Assembly (NCBI GenBank): GCA_051748705.1
Contig: JBNJHQ010000003.1
Span: forward strand, 1 to 37,648
Direction of reading: 5' to 3'
DNA: 37,648 bases
DNA from: Bacteroidota bacterium
GTDB lineage: Bacteria > Bacteroidota > Bacteroidia > Bacteroidales > VadinHA17
Part shown: positions 15,744 through 25,978 of the stretch, piece after piece
Layout: every line of letters begins with the position of its first letter
How positions within the stretch are numbered: the stretch's first letter is position 1
The notes under the pieces: generated by a model
The model's database searches: none
The model's input: only the letters and a program-made list of their open reading frames with translations
What the model was told of the DNA's origin: nothing
Made by a program: the position numbers and the translations under genes

Positions 15744-15772
15744 AATCAGGGCATTAAGTCCTGATTTTTTTT
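15744..15772 (+). terminator. Rho-independent terminator (T8 tract on the + strand), abutting the xseB stop codon
   Basis: AATCAGG (15744-15750), 9-nt loop, CCTGATT (15760-15766), then TTTTTTTT. On the minus strand only TTT follows the hairpin. Confidence 0.65.
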
Positions 15773-15977
15773 ATTCCATTTCGTCAATAATTTTATCTAT
15801 CTCTTCTTCTGTGTCTCTCAGTTTTGATTGGCACAGGCGCAATAATTCGGAGGCCCGTTTTACCTTTCCTGATAGCTCATCAACGTCGAGCTCCCCTGAT
15901 TCAATCTGTTCAAGGATATTTTCAAGTTCTTCCACAGCTTTGTTAAAGGACGGTTTTTTATCGCTCATTTGTCTCAC
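15771..15977 (-). CDS. xseB: Exodeoxyribonuclease VII small subunit
   Basis: 68 aa. FNKAVEELENILEQIESGELDVDELSGKVKRASELLRLCQSKL is typical XseB. An alternative start is Met4 at 15968. Confidence 0.9.
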   Translation of the reverse strand: MRQMSDKKPSFNKAVEELENILEQIESGELDVDELSGKVKRASELLRLCQSKLRDTEEEIDKIIDEME

Positions 15978-17892
15978 TAATATGAATAAAAAATGTTGTT
16001 CCTGTATTTTCTTTGCTCTCGAGGCTTATGCTGCTGTTGTTTTTCCCGGCCATAATTTTGGCTATCAGCAGGCCAAGACCAAATTTATTCGGTTCCATGG
16101 CCTTTGTTTCATCTTTGATCCTGCTCATATCAAAGATTTTACTTTGCATTTCTTTGGGAATACCTTTACCGAAATCAGTCACTGAAAGTACACAGGCTGA
16201 TTTTTCTTTTTGTGCTCTTATAATTATATCGGATTTTGGCGGGGAATTTTCGATGCTGTTTTCAGTAAGTATCGATATTATTGTTTTCAGTGAAAACCTG
16301 TCATATCTGATATTAATTTCAGGGTTGATATCAAATCTTATCCTGATATCTTTTTTCAATGCAATTCCGAGGAGTGATGGCAGCATTTCGTGCATAAAGT
16401 CATTTATGTTAATGGTGGTATAATCCACCTGGTATTTATTCCTCTGCAGTTTAGACCAGAGAAGAATTCTTTCCAGTCCTTTCTCAATAGCCGAGGCTCC
16501 TTTATGCAGGTCTTCCATCATGCCTTTAAGCTTCAGATCCTTGTTATTGTTCTTGAGGTAGTTGCTTATTTCTGTGAGTTTGGATGTGAGACCTGTGAAT
16601 GGTTTACTTAGCTTAATTGAGACGATGGAAAAGAAATCGTTCTTATTTTTCCGTGTGCTTAATATTCTCTCCTTATACTTTGATGATCTCTCATATGCTT
16701 CCTCCAGGGCCTCTCTTCTCGCTATCAGTTTCTTGTTAGTTCTCCTGATGCCTGTGACATTATACAGCAGGTAAAGCAGTGCAATAATTGTTATTCCAAG
16801 AGCAATATGTATGATGAGGGAAATTGTCTTTTCGATTTTTATTCTTTTTAATATCAGTTCATTTTGTTCATGTGACCACGCAATTTCTTCTTCGGATGAC
16901 CTGATACTTAACCTCACATTATAGTTAGATACCAGCTCCTGAACCTCTTTATTCATCATTTCATCCTTATGTTTACGGTGCAGCAGTTTATAATTGATGG
17001 CATCAGCTTCATTACCGATATTCATATAATGCCCGGATAGTTCGGAAAACACATTTACAGGATTAATGACTTCAATCTTATACAGCATATCAAAGTCCAC
17101 ACTGTCAAGATGAGCTGCTGTCAAATCAGGTTGATCATTTGCCAGGTAATGCTTTGATAACCTTAAATTGATCATATTTGAATATACATTGGATTCAAGT
17201 ATTTCATTTGCCATTATCATTGAATCTATCCACTTTTTACAATTTGCCTGGCCGGTAGCATAACAATTGTCAAAAAGATATGCAAAGGCATCAATCTTTC
17301 TCCTGTATCCATTTACCCCTTCGAAGTATTCGAGGGCTTCCCCGAGGTATTTGCGGCTATTTTCATATTCTTTATAAGCGAGGTATGTTTCCCCCATTGT
17401 TGTGAGTTCATCACCGACCCTTACGGAGTCCAGCTCTCTTTTTCTAAGATCGATTGACCTTTTGTAATAATTAATGCACTTCAGTGTATCATCCTTTTTA
17501 AAGTATACCAGCCCGAGGTTATGTAATATTGATGCCATGTCTTCATTTAGACCCAGGCTGTCAAAAACGGCCAGTGCTTTCAAATAATTCTCTTCCGCAT
17601 CATCCAGGAGCCCCGAGTTAATATACAGGTTACCATATATATGCCATGTTTCAGCTATTTCCTTGGCATCGTTGATTTTTCTGGCTATTTCCAGTCTTTT
17701 ATCAGCGTATATAAGTCCTGTTTTTAAAGACCTGTATTGTTGATTCAGGGCATATTTTTTCAGGCTTTTTAGTTTTGTGGAATCAGGCATTTGTGAGATA
17801 GCTGACAGAACACTGTCGGTTGAACCGATCTGACCATAGCTGTTTAAGCCGATAATTATAAAAACAATATGTAGCCTAATCCTTTTAAGCAT
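15958..17892 (-). CDS. TPR-repeat sensor kinase-like protein with a degenerate H-box (no phospho-acceptor His)
   Basis: Order: signal/TM segment, TPR region, TM helix (ISLIIHIALGITIIALLYLLY), coiled coil, HATPase_c (NSIENS, DFGKGI, KFGLGL). The position equivalent to the H-box His reads FFSIVSIKLSKPF (Ile426, codon 16615-16617). Confidence 0.85.
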   Translation of the reverse strand: MLKRIRLHIVFIIIGLNSYGQIGSTDSVLSAISQMPDSTKLKSLKKYALNQQYRSLKTGLIYADKRLEIARKINDAKEIAETWHIYGNLYINSGLLDDAEENYLKALAVFDSLGLNEDMASILHNLGLVYFKKDDTLKCINYYKRSIDLRKRELDSVRVGDELTTMGETYLAYKEYENSRKYLGEALEYFEGVNGYRRKIDAFAYLFDNCYATGQANCKKWIDSMIMANEILESNVYSNMINLRLSKHYLANDQPDLTAAHLDSVDFDMLYKIEVINPVNVFSELSGHYMNIGNEADAINYKLLHRKHKDEMMNKEVQELVSNYNVRLSIRSSEEEIAWSHEQNELILKRIKIEKTISLIIHIALGITIIALLYLLYNVTGIRRTNKKLIARREALEEAYERSSKYKERILSTRKNKNDFFSIVSIKLSKPFTGLTSKLTEISNYLKNNNKDLKLKGMMEDLHKGASAIEKGLERILLWSKLQRNKYQVDYTTININDFMHEMLPSLLGIALKKDIRIRFDINPEINIRYDRFSLKTIISILTENSIENSPPKSDIIIRAQKEKSACVLSVTDFGKGIPKEMQSKIFDMSRIKDETKAMEPNKFGLGLLIAKIMAGKNNSSISLESKENTGTTFFIHISETNER

Positions 17893-19819
17893 TTGCTTTT
17901 GGGATTTTCAATATTATAGTTGTACCCTTCTCGCGACTATTGTCAATATCCAGCTCACCTTTATTCATCTCAAGCAGGTCGATACATATTGTAAGGCCAA
18001 GCCCGCTGCCTTTTTCGCTGCCTGTTCCGGGTTTTGATATAAGGTAATTACCCTGAAGGACACTTTGACGTATTTCTTCGTCCATCCCAACACCGTCATC
18101 TTCAACGGTAATATGAATAAAATCATTACTTTCAGTGGAATTTATCCTTATCTCTCCTCCTGTGTTGCTGTATTTAATTGCGTTATTTAACAAATTGCGC
18201 ATGACTGATTTAAGCACATCAGCATTTATGAGAGCACCGGTTTTGCTTTCAATACTGGTTTTAACCCTTATTTTTTTCCTTTCCGCCAGGGGCTTATATA
18301 AAGTCACAGCATCATTTATTATTTTTTTAATTGGAGTTTTGGATATTTCAAGTTTGTCCTTTCCTTCCTGAATGGTGGCAATGCTCTTCAAATTGATTAG
18401 CAACTGGTTCAATTGAAACGATGTTTCATTAAGCATAATGCTGTATTCCATCATACTTTCTTTGTCGAGGGTTTCAAAGTCATCAACCATCAATTTACTG
18501 AAGCCAAGTATAGCCTGGAAGGGGTTTATTAAGTCATGGGCAAAAACTGATATCAGTGTATCGAGCAGCTTATTTTCCTTTTCAAGTTCTTTATTTGTTT
18601 TTCGCATTTCCCTGTTAACCAGGGCGAATTTTTCTGTTTCGATACTGAATTCTTCCTTGTAACGGTTCCTGATTTTTCTAATGCGCAGTAATATTATGAA
18701 CAGGACCAGAAGGACAATAAGGATGATTATGAAGGTAATCATCAGTCTGTGTGCTGCATCCTGCCTTTTTCTGTTAAGGCTCATTTCCCGGTCAATGCTT
18801 TCTTTTAGCCTCTGGTTTTTTGTTTCTTCATATTCCACCATGAGCAGGCTGATTATTTCCTCCCTGTTTATGATATCTTCTTCCGGATAAATATCGCTCA
18901 GCATATTTTCATACTTCCAGGCTTTTTCGTAATTCCCTGTTGCAGCGTATGCCCTGCAGAGGTATTCAAGATGGTCGTATTGATCGGGCAGGCTATATCT
19001 TTCATCTATATTGTATTGTGAAGCGATATTTAAAACTTTTTCGTAGTGCTCGTTAAGCAGGTGGTATTCCATTACGGCGATATAAAAATTATGCCTGTCG
19101 ACATCACTGTACTTACTTTCATCCATGGCAAGATAGCCCCTGTTTATCCATCTTTCAGCCTCTTCTTTGTTGCCCAGCTTATTGTATGCACTTACTAATG
19201 AACCTATTATAGCAACGTCTGAAATATTATTCAAAACAATTGACTCATCCCTGAGTAGATCTTTAAGAATGTTCGCTGCAGCCTCATAGTTGTCGAGTTC
19301 CATCTCCACTTCTGCGAGATTATAGCTGAAAAGTGCATAGTTATCCAGTCCTTCTCTTTCATTTATTTCAATGGCTCGTAAGAGGTATTTTCTTGACGAC
19401 TGGGAGTCTCCTACAAGGGCAAATATGATGGCCGTATTATTAATTAGGGTATTGACACCCGGGTAGAATTCTTCTTCAGAATATAATGTAAGAGCTTTCA
19501 GGAAATGTTTTAAAGCTTCGCTGTTATTTCCTTTATAGTAATAAATGATACCTTCCAGGTTTTCCATCAGCCCGTCATATACAGGATAATACTGGCATGC
19601 CAGGCTTTGCATCTGGAGGGAAGAGAATTCAAGACTGTCTACATCGGCGTTGTTAAGATATTCTCTTGCCTTTATATATAATTCTTCAAATAGCTTGTTA
19701 TTGATTGTTTCGCTGGGGTGGTATTTGTAACAATAGGGGAAATAGGTATACTGGCCATAAAGTCCTATACTTAATATACAAAGTACAAAGCTTAAAATAA
19801 AAATCTTCCCCTTTATCAT
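17885..19819 (-). CDS. TPR-repeat sensor histidine kinase
   Basis: Order: signal/TM segment, TPR region, TM helix (LMITFIIILIVLLVLFIILL). Intact H-box SVFAHDLINPF, N-box LLNNAIKYS, G1 DDGVGM, G2 GSGLGL. Confidence 0.9.
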   Translation of the reverse strand: MIKGKIFILSFVLCILSIGLYGQYTYFPYCYKYHPSETINNKLFEELYIKAREYLNNADVDSLEFSSLQMQSLACQYYPVYDGLMENLEGIIYYYKGNNSEALKHFLKALTLYSEEEFYPGVNTLINNTAIIFALVGDSQSSRKYLLRAIEINEREGLDNYALFSYNLAEVEMELDNYEAAANILKDLLRDESIVLNNISDVAIIGSLVSAYNKLGNKEEAERWINRGYLAMDESKYSDVDRHNFYIAVMEYHLLNEHYEKVLNIASQYNIDERYSLPDQYDHLEYLCRAYAATGNYEKAWKYENMLSDIYPEEDIINREEIISLLMVEYEETKNQRLKESIDREMSLNRKRQDAAHRLMITFIIILIVLLVLFIILLRIRKIRNRYKEEFSIETEKFALVNREMRKTNKELEKENKLLDTLISVFAHDLINPFQAILGFSKLMVDDFETLDKESMMEYSIMLNETSFQLNQLLINLKSIATIQEGKDKLEISKTPIKKIINDAVTLYKPLAERKKIRVKTSIESKTGALINADVLKSVMRNLLNNAIKYSNTGGEIRINSTESNDFIHITVEDDGVGMDEEIRQSVLQGNYLISKPGTGSEKGSGLGLTICIDLLEMNKGELDIDNSREKGTTIILKIPKANA

Positions 19820-21207
19820 TAATCAGGTTTCTTCAGGTCAAATACTTTACTTTTCACCCTGCCACGGCTTAAAACAGTAGTTATCGTAGTGCCAGGGTGC
19901 AATTCATTCGACGATCTGACAGCTTTATCATTATACAGAGTTATTGAATACCCACGTTCAAGCACTCTGGAAGGACTAAGGTAATCAATTGATCTGGAAA
20001 TATTATCCAGAATTGTATGTTTTTCATTTTTATACCTGTTCAATGCCGGTTTAATTCTTTTATTCAGATCACTTAATTGCCTGTTTTTATGATCTAAATG
20101 CTTTAATGATCTTTTACTTAAGCCTGTTTTTATGCTACTTAGCCTTGCCCGGTTATGCGAAAGGTATGATTGTGAATTGCCGGAAAGCCGCAATCCCGAC
20201 CTGTTAAGCAGAAGGCGTTTATCCTGCAGCAGTGCTCTCACCCTGGGAGCCATATCAATACTTAACTTATTGATAAACAAGCGTTTTTTCTTAACCATCT
20301 CCTTGCTGTGATCAATGATCGATTCCCGGAGTTGTAAGAGGTATTCTTCTGTTTTAAGGCTCTGGTTAATTATAAAATCGGCAACGGCAGTAGGAGTTTT
20401 AAATGATCTGTAAGCAACTATGTCAGTAACTGAAAGGTCCTTTTCGTGGCCTATGCCTGTTAGAACAGGCAGGGGCAACTGGCTGATGAGATATGCAATA
20501 TTATAGTTGTCAAACCAGCTGAGATCGGCCTGCGAACCTCCTCCTCTGACTATCACTATCAGGTCAAAATTAGCCGATTCTTCAAAGATAGCGTTAATGG
20601 CATTGCTTATCGATGTTTCAGTTTCTTTTCCCTGCATCACGGCCCTGAACAAGCTGGTAACGTATTTATACCCGTATTCATTTTTATCCAGTTCATCCGT
20701 AAAATCCCGGAAGCCGGCAGCCTGCTCAGATGAGATAACGGCTATTCGGACAGGCAGGAGAGGGAAGGGAAGTTCTTTATTCAGGTTTATAACTCCTTCG
20801 GACTCGAGCCGGTTTATAATTTCTTTTCGCTTGAGCACCATTTCACCGACTGTATATGCCGGGTCAATGTTTTGTATTATCAGGCTGAGCCCGTAGACCT
20901 CATGGTAATCAATTTTGGCCCTCAGCAGCACTTTGATACCTTCGGAAAGAGCCTGACCGGTAATATTCTCGAAATAAGGGAGGAGAAGCCTGGCTTTTTG
21001 CGACCACATCACAGCCCGTAATCGTGCTTTGATATCTTCCTGCCTGTCTTTCTCAATGAGTTCCAGGTAGCAATGGCCTGAATAATTGATCTTTATTTCT
21101 GATATCTCGGCACTCACCCAGTAGAATCCTGGGAGTGATTCTTCGAGTGATGTCTTTATAAGCTTTTGAAGTTCACTTAATGAATACCTGTCATTTAGTT
21201 CATCCAT
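19819..21207 (-). CDS. xseA: Exodeoxyribonuclease VII large subunit
   Basis: N-terminal OB-fold region (FYWVSAEISEI...GHCYLEL), the IVRGGGSQADLSWFD motif and a long C-terminal coiled coil. Confidence 0.92.
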   Translation of the reverse strand: MDELNDRYSLSELQKLIKTSLEESLPGFYWVSAEISEIKINYSGHCYLELIEKDRQEDIKARLRAVMWSQKARLLLPYFENITGQALSEGIKVLLRAKIDYHEVYGLSLIIQNIDPAYTVGEMVLKRKEIINRLESEGVINLNKELPFPLLPVRIAVISSEQAAGFRDFTDELDKNEYGYKYVTSLFRAVMQGKETETSISNAINAIFEESANFDLIVIVRGGGSQADLSWFDNYNIAYLISQLPLPVLTGIGHEKDLSVTDIVAYRSFKTPTAVADFIINQSLKTEEYLLQLRESIIDHSKEMVKKKRLFINKLSIDMAPRVRALLQDKRLLLNRSGLRLSGNSQSYLSHNRARLSSIKTGLSKRSLKHLDHKNRQLSDLNKRIKPALNRYKNEKHTILDNISRSIDYLSPSRVLERGYSITLYNDKAVRSSNELHPGTTITTVLSRGRVKSKVFDLKKPD

Positions 21208-21237
21208 TGCAATACTTTTTAGAGGGCAGGTATAAGT

Positions 21238-22032
21238 TTATTTAATAATACCTGTTATTTCAGGATCCTCGATTTTTCCGCCTTCCTTTTCCAGCTTATC
21301 CAGGTATTCGGTTTCTTCCCTTATCAGTTCGGCCCTGTTTTCAGGAATACCCTTATTATATTTTATTTCCCTCCTCAATGTTCCGTCGGAATTATAAATA
21401 TTCCACTCACCTGTTCGGACGTTGTCAACATACCGGCCTCTTATTTCAGGTTTGCCATTAGTATGCCATGTCTTGAATTCACCGTTACGTTTTCCATTAA
21501 TGTAGGTAGATTCAAGGGCCAGGGTACGGTCATTAAAATATTGTTTCCACTTTCCTGATTTAACACCCTCAGAGAATTCAAGTATTTCGGCAATTTCTCC
21601 ATTCCAGTGGTATTTAATTCTGGTATCTTCCACTTTGTCATTCTCATATTTGCATTCCATAAGCAAGTGATTCTCAATATAATCAGAATAAAATAACCAC
21701 TTCCCGCTTTTTTTTCGGTCGATATATTTACCTTTTGCGGCAATATAACCGTTGGGATGGTAGAAAGAGGCAGAGACGGTGTCGTTATCAGTGCTATAGT
21801 CAAGCACGGATGTGAGATTGCCTTTTTCATCATACCGTTTGAATTCACCTACTGGCTCACCATCAATAAAAAAAGCCTCATACATTACCTGACCATTGGG
21901 ATATTTTTTTATCCACTGCCCCTGTTTCTGACCTTGTTTATCGGTCTGGTTAAGATTTTCCTGGGCGCTTGCCGCCTGGCAAAGGCTAAATACTAAAAAA
22001 AGTGAAAATATTGTCTGAAGAATATATTTCAT
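21238..22032 (-). CDS. Secreted MORN-repeat-variant protein (YwqK-like)
   Basis: Repeated G-x-W-x-x-Y/F-x-x-x-G units (GQWIKKYPNGQ, GKWLFYSD, GKWKQYFND, GEWNIYNSDG). I prefer the start at Met13 (MKYILQTIFSLF..., signal peptide), because the 22068 start falls inside the dnaK terminator hairpin. Confidence 0.75.
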   Translation of the reverse strand: MKYILQTIFSLFLVFSLCQAASAQENLNQTDKQGQKQGQWIKKYPNGQVMYEAFFIDGEPVGEFKRYDEKGNLTSVLDYSTDNDTVSASFYHPNGYIAAKGKYIDRKKSGKWLFYSDYIENHLLMECKYENDKVEDTRIKYHWNGEIAEILEFSEGVKSGKWKQYFNDRTLALESTYINGKRNGEFKTWHTNGKPEIRGRYVDNVRTGEWNIYNSDGTLRREIKYNKGIPENRAELIREETEYLDKLEKEGGKIEDPEITGIIK

Positions 22033-22060
22033 ACACAGCAAATTTAACAGGGTAAAAATA

Positions 22061-22091
22061 AAAAACACTCTGAAAAAATCAGAGTGTTTTT
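22061..22091 (-). terminator. Rho-independent terminator downstream of dnaK (palindromic, bidirectional)
   Basis: AAAAACACTCTGA / TCAGAGTGTTTTT with an AAAAA loop. The core is 8 bp, CACTCTGA/TCAGAGTG, flanked by A/T runs. Confidence 0.8.
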
Positions 22092-22112
22092 TATTAAAAT
22101 ATTAAGCTTTTA

Positions 22113-24029
22113 TTATTTAACCTCTTCGAAATCAACATCGGTTACTTCATCATCATCGCTTCCTTTCTTGCTCTCTTCCCCAGCTTGTGGACCCTGTTGG
22201 GGTCCTCCTTCCTGCTGTGATTCGGCCTGTGCTGATTTATAAATATCTTCAGAGGCGGCCTGCCATTTGGCATTAAGTTCATTTAAAGCTGTGTCTATTG
22301 CTTCAATGTCCTGGTTTTTATGCGCCTCTTTCAGGTCAGCGAGCGCTTTTTCAATGGGCTCTTTCTTGTCAGGCGGAAGCTTATCGCCATATTCCTTAAG
22401 CTGTTTCTCAGTCTGGAAGATCATACTGTCAGCGGAATTGATTTTATCAACTTTTTCTTTTGCTTTCCTGTCCGCTTCTTCGTTAGCCTTTGCTTCATCA
22501 CGCATTCTGTTGATTTCTTCCTCACTGAGTCCTGATGATGCTTCAATCCTGATGCTCTGTTCTTTACCGGTACCCTTATCTTTTGCTGAAACATTAAGTA
22601 TACCATTGGCATCGATATCGAATGTCACTTCAATCTGTGGTACCCCCCTCGGTGCAGGAGGTATACCGTCGAGATGGAATCTTCCGATAGTTTTATTTCC
22701 TGCTGCCATTGGTCTTTCACCCTGGAGTACATGTATCTCAACCGAGGGCTGATTATCAGCAGCAGTGGTGAATGTTTCAGTCTTTTTTGTCGGTATGGTG
22801 GTATTTGCTTCAATCAGTTTGGTCATTACACCACCCATAGTTTCGATACCCAGTGACAGAGGTGTGACATCGAGTAAGAGTACATCCTTCACTTCACCCG
22901 TGAGGACACCTCCCTGGATGGCAGCTCCAATGGCAACCACTTCGTCAGGATTGACGCCCTTTGAAGGAGCCTTACCAAAGAACTTCTGCACCACTTCCTG
23001 TATTGCAGGTATACGTGTTGAACCACCAACGAGCAGCACTTCATTAATGTCAGAAGCCTGTAAACCTGCATCTTTAAGAGCTAATTTACAGGGTTCGATA
23101 ACTGACTGGATCAGTGAATCAGTAAGTTTCTCAAAATGTGCTCTTGTCAGCGTTTTTACAAGGTGCTTTGGTATTCCGTCAACCGGCATTATATATGGTA
23201 AATTGATCTCTGTACTTGAAGAGCTTGAAAGTTCTATCTTGGCCTTTTCGGCGGCTTCTTTCAACCTTTGCAATGCCATGGGATCCTTCTTGAGGTCTAC
23301 ACCTTCGTCCTTTTTGAACTCATCGGCAAGCCAGTTTATGATCAACTCATCAAAATCGTCACCTCCAAGGTGTGTGTCCCCATTGGTTGATTTTACTTCG
23401 AACACACCGTCACCCAGTTCAAGGATGGAAATATCAAAAGTGCCACCACCAAGGTCAAAAACAGCCACCTTGAGGTCTTCGGTTTTTTTGTCCAGCCCGT
23501 AAGCCAGAGCTGCTGCAGTTGGCTCATTAATTATCCTTTTTACTTTAAGACCGGCAATCTCACCAGCTTCTTTTGTTGCCTGGCGTTGCGAGTCGTCAAA
23601 ATAAGCAGGAACAGTGATAACAGCATCTGTTACATCCTGGCCTAAGTAATCCTCAGCCGTCTTCTTCATCTTCTGAAGTATCATGGCTGATATCTCCTGG
23701 GGTGAGTATTTTCTGTCATCAATCTGAACCCTGGGTGTATTATTATCTCCTTTGACAACTTTATACGGCACACGGGTGATTTCCTTGCTTACCTTATCAT
23801 AAGTCTCACCCATGAATCTCTTTATTGAATATACGGTTTTGTTTGAATTAGTAATGGCCTGGCGCTTTGCAGGATCGCCTACCTTGCGTTCACCATTCTC
23901 TATGAAAGCCACAATGGAAGGCGTTGTTCTTTTACCTTCGCTATTAGGAATAACGACAGGCTCATTAGCCTCCATTACTGAAACGCATGAATTAGTTGTT
24001 CCGAGGTCTATACCAATTATTTTTCCCAT
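22113..24029 (-). CDS. dnaK: Molecular chaperone DnaK (Hsp70)
   Basis: [18 protein letters not shown] and [11 protein letters not shown]; full-length at 638 aa. Confidence 0.98.
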   Translation of the reverse strand: MGKIIGIDLGTTNSCVSVMEANEPVVIPNSEGKRTTPSIVAFIENGERKVGDPAKRQAITNSNKTVYSIKRFMGETYDKVSKEITRVPYKVVKGDNNTPRVQIDDRKYSPQEISAMILQKMKKTAEDYLGQDVTDAVITVPAYFDDSQRQATKEAGEIAGLKVKRIINEPTAAALAYGLDKKTEDLKVAVFDLGGGTFDISILELGDGVFEVKSTNGDTHLGGDDFDELIINWLADEFKKDEGVDLKKDPMALQRLKEAAEKAKIELSSSSSTEINLPYIMPVDGIPKHLVKTLTRAHFEKLTDSLIQSVIEPCKLALKDAGLQASDINEVLLVGGSTRIPAIQEVVQKFFGKAPSKGVNPDEVVAIGAAIQGGVLTGEVKDVLLLDVTPLSLGIETMGGVMTKLIEANTTIPTKKTETFTTAADNQPSVEIHVLQGERPMAAGNKTIGRFHLDGIPPAPRGVPQIEVTFDIDANGILNVSAKDKGTGKEQSIRIEASSGLSEEEINRMRDEAKANEEADRKAKEKVDKINSADSMIFQTEKQLKEYGDKLPPDKKEPIEKALADLKEAHKNQDIEAIDTALNELNAKWQAASEDIYKSAQAESQQEGGPQQGPQAGEESKKGSDDDEVTDVDFEEVK

Positions 24030-24261
24030 TTTTATTACGTATTTATTGTTCTTTTCTTTTTATTACTTCTTGTAATCAATGATTATGCCATCAGCTCTTA
24101 AGCTTGTATTTATGCTAATATGACACTCATTACACTGTTTGAATGGCCAGAGTAAAGGTCATAATGACAAAAAGGCAGTTATTACATTTTCGTCTGATTC
24201 CGATCTTATTATACCAAACAAATTTGTAGTTTTACTCATTGTAATCATAATATTACAGCTT

Positions 24262-25077
24262 ATGTCAATCCATAATACAGTTAAGAGGGTAACCACCCAT
24301 GTGCTTTCGGAGATGAAGCTTAAAGGTGAGAAAATAGCAATGCTTACTTCATATGATTATTCAATGGCTTCTATCGTTGACGAAGCAGGCATAGATGTAA
24401 TACTGGTAGGCGATTCCGCATCGAATGTAATGGCAGGTTTCGAAACAACCCTGCCCATTACACTGGATAATATGATTTACCATGCAGCATCGGTGGTGAG
24501 GGCAGCCAAAAGATCGCTGGTAGTGGTTGATATGCCTTTCGGTGCTTATCAGGGTAATTCCAAGGAAGCTCTTTCATCTGCTATAAGGATAATGAAGGAG
24601 ACGGGGGCACATGCTGTTAAACTGGAAGGGGGATCCGAAATAGCAGAGTCAGTGGAAAGAATATTATCGGCAGGAATACCAGTAATGGGGCATCTTGGAT
24701 TAACCCCGCAATCAATACATAAATTCGGTACTTACGTCGTGCGTGCCCGTGAAGAAGAAGAAGCACAAAGACTGAGGGAAGATGCAAAATTGCTTGAAAA
24801 GAAGGGGGTATTTGCAATTGTCCTTGAAAAAATTCCAGCTGTGCTGGCCGGTGAAGTAGCTGAAAGCCTGTCGATACCTACAATAGGAATAGGGGCAGGC
24901 AATAAAGTTGATGGCCAGGTCCTGGTGATCCATGACATGCTGGGCATTAACCAGGAATTTTCACCCAGGTTTCTCAGGAGATACCATAACCTCTACCAGG
25001 AAATAAAAGGGGCCGTCCAGGAATACATCAGGGATGTCAGATCCCTTGAATTCCCGAATGAAAAAGAGCAGTATTGA
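24262..25077 (+). CDS. panB: 3-methyl-2-oxobutanoate hydroxymethyltransferase
   Basis: [19 protein letters not shown] and VKLEGG. I prefer the start at Met42 of the track ORF, because the preceding 41 aa do not look like PanB sequence. Confidence 0.9.
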   Translation: MSIHNTVKRVTTHVLSEMKLKGEKIAMLTSYDYSMASIVDEAGIDVILVGDSASNVMAGFETTLPITLDNMIYHAASVVRAAKRSLVVVDMPFGAYQGNSKEALSSAIRIMKETGAHAVKLEGGSEIAESVERILSAGIPVMGHLGLTPQSIHKFGTYVVRAREEEEAQRLREDAKLLEKKGVFAIVLEKIPAVLAGEVAESLSIPTIGIGAGNKVDGQVLVIHDMLGINQEFSPRFLRRYHNLYQEIKGAVQEYIRDVRSLEFPNEKEQY

Positions 25078-25087
25078 TATTCCCATA

Positions 25088-25762
25088 ATGGAAATACTGT
25101 ACGAGGACAACCATATAATTGCCCTTAACAAGAAGAGCAGTGAGCTGGTCCAGGGCGACCAGACGGGTGATCAAACACTTTCTGACAGGGTAAAGGAATA
25201 CCTGGCAATAAGGTACCATAAAAAAGGGAATGTTTTCCTGGGCGTGGTGCACCGCCTGGACAGGCCCGTAAGTGGCGTTATCCTTTTTGCACGTACTTCA
25301 AAAGCCCTGGGTAGGCTTAACAAAATGTTCCAGGAAAAAGAAGTTTCAAAGAAATACCTGGCAGTAGTGCGTAACAGACCACCATCGGAGGAAGGGCGAC
25401 TAATTCATTACCTTAAGAAAAATGAAAAACAAAATAAGTCATATGCTTATGATAATCAGGTCAAAGGAAGTAGGGAAGCACTCCTGGACTACAGGTTGAT
25501 CAGACGTACCGAAAGATATTACTTACTGGAAATTGATCTATATACAGGCCGGCACCACCAGATAAGATGCCAGCTCTCCAAAGCCGGGTGCCCGGTTAAA
25601 GGGGATCTTAAATACGGCTTTCCAAGGTCAAATAATGATGGGAGTATATCCCTTCATGCATGGAAAATACGGTTTTTACATCCGGTCAAAAATGAGGAGG
25701 TGGAGTTTACGGCACCTCTTCCCGATACCGACATATGGGCCAGTATAAAAGAGATGATATAA
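25088..25762 (+). CDS. RluA-family pseudouridine synthase
   Basis: HRLDRPVSGVILFA (catalytic Asp motif) and GRHHQIR. I prefer the start at Met19 (MEILYEDNHIIALNK), which avoids overlap with panB. Confidence 0.88.
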   Translation: MEILYEDNHIIALNKKSSELVQGDQTGDQTLSDRVKEYLAIRYHKKGNVFLGVVHRLDRPVSGVILFARTSKALGRLNKMFQEKEVSKKYLAVVRNRPPSEEGRLIHYLKKNEKQNKSYAYDNQVKGSREALLDYRLIRRTERYYLLEIDLYTGRHHQIRCQLSKAGCPVKGDLKYGFPRSNNDGSISLHAWKIRFLHPVKNEEVEFTAPLPDTDIWASIKEMI

Positions 25763-25978
25763 AAATGGCTGCTTTAAAACAAAACAGCCACTTCAATGAA
25801 ACTGAAAATATCAGAGGTCAGGATGTCAAAAAAATCAACCGCTACTTATAGTTGTATTACTAATCCCGGAAACAAATGTATAACAATATTATCCTGAGTC
25901 AGTTAAACTGAGGTTAAATCTAGTTAAAGAAAAGTTAAAATGTGGAATGATATAATTATATAATTATATTTTTGCAGT

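Noticed and set aside
15958-19819. Both TPR kinases are exactly 644 aa, which hints at a very recent tandem duplication.
   Set aside because: The sequences are highly divergent along their whole length, sharing only architecture and the HATPase motifs. The equal length is coincidental or reflects an old duplication.
22267-23502. Plus-strand ORFs of 161 and 245 aa antisense to dnaK. Similar antisense ORFs occur in ribBA (31328-32320), the kinases (16013-16774, 18135-18890), xseA (20507-20896) and the LptF/G gene (33470-33889).
   Set aside because: The opposite strand encodes unmistakable conserved proteins. The antisense translations are Ser/Leu/Phe-rich with no recognisable motifs.
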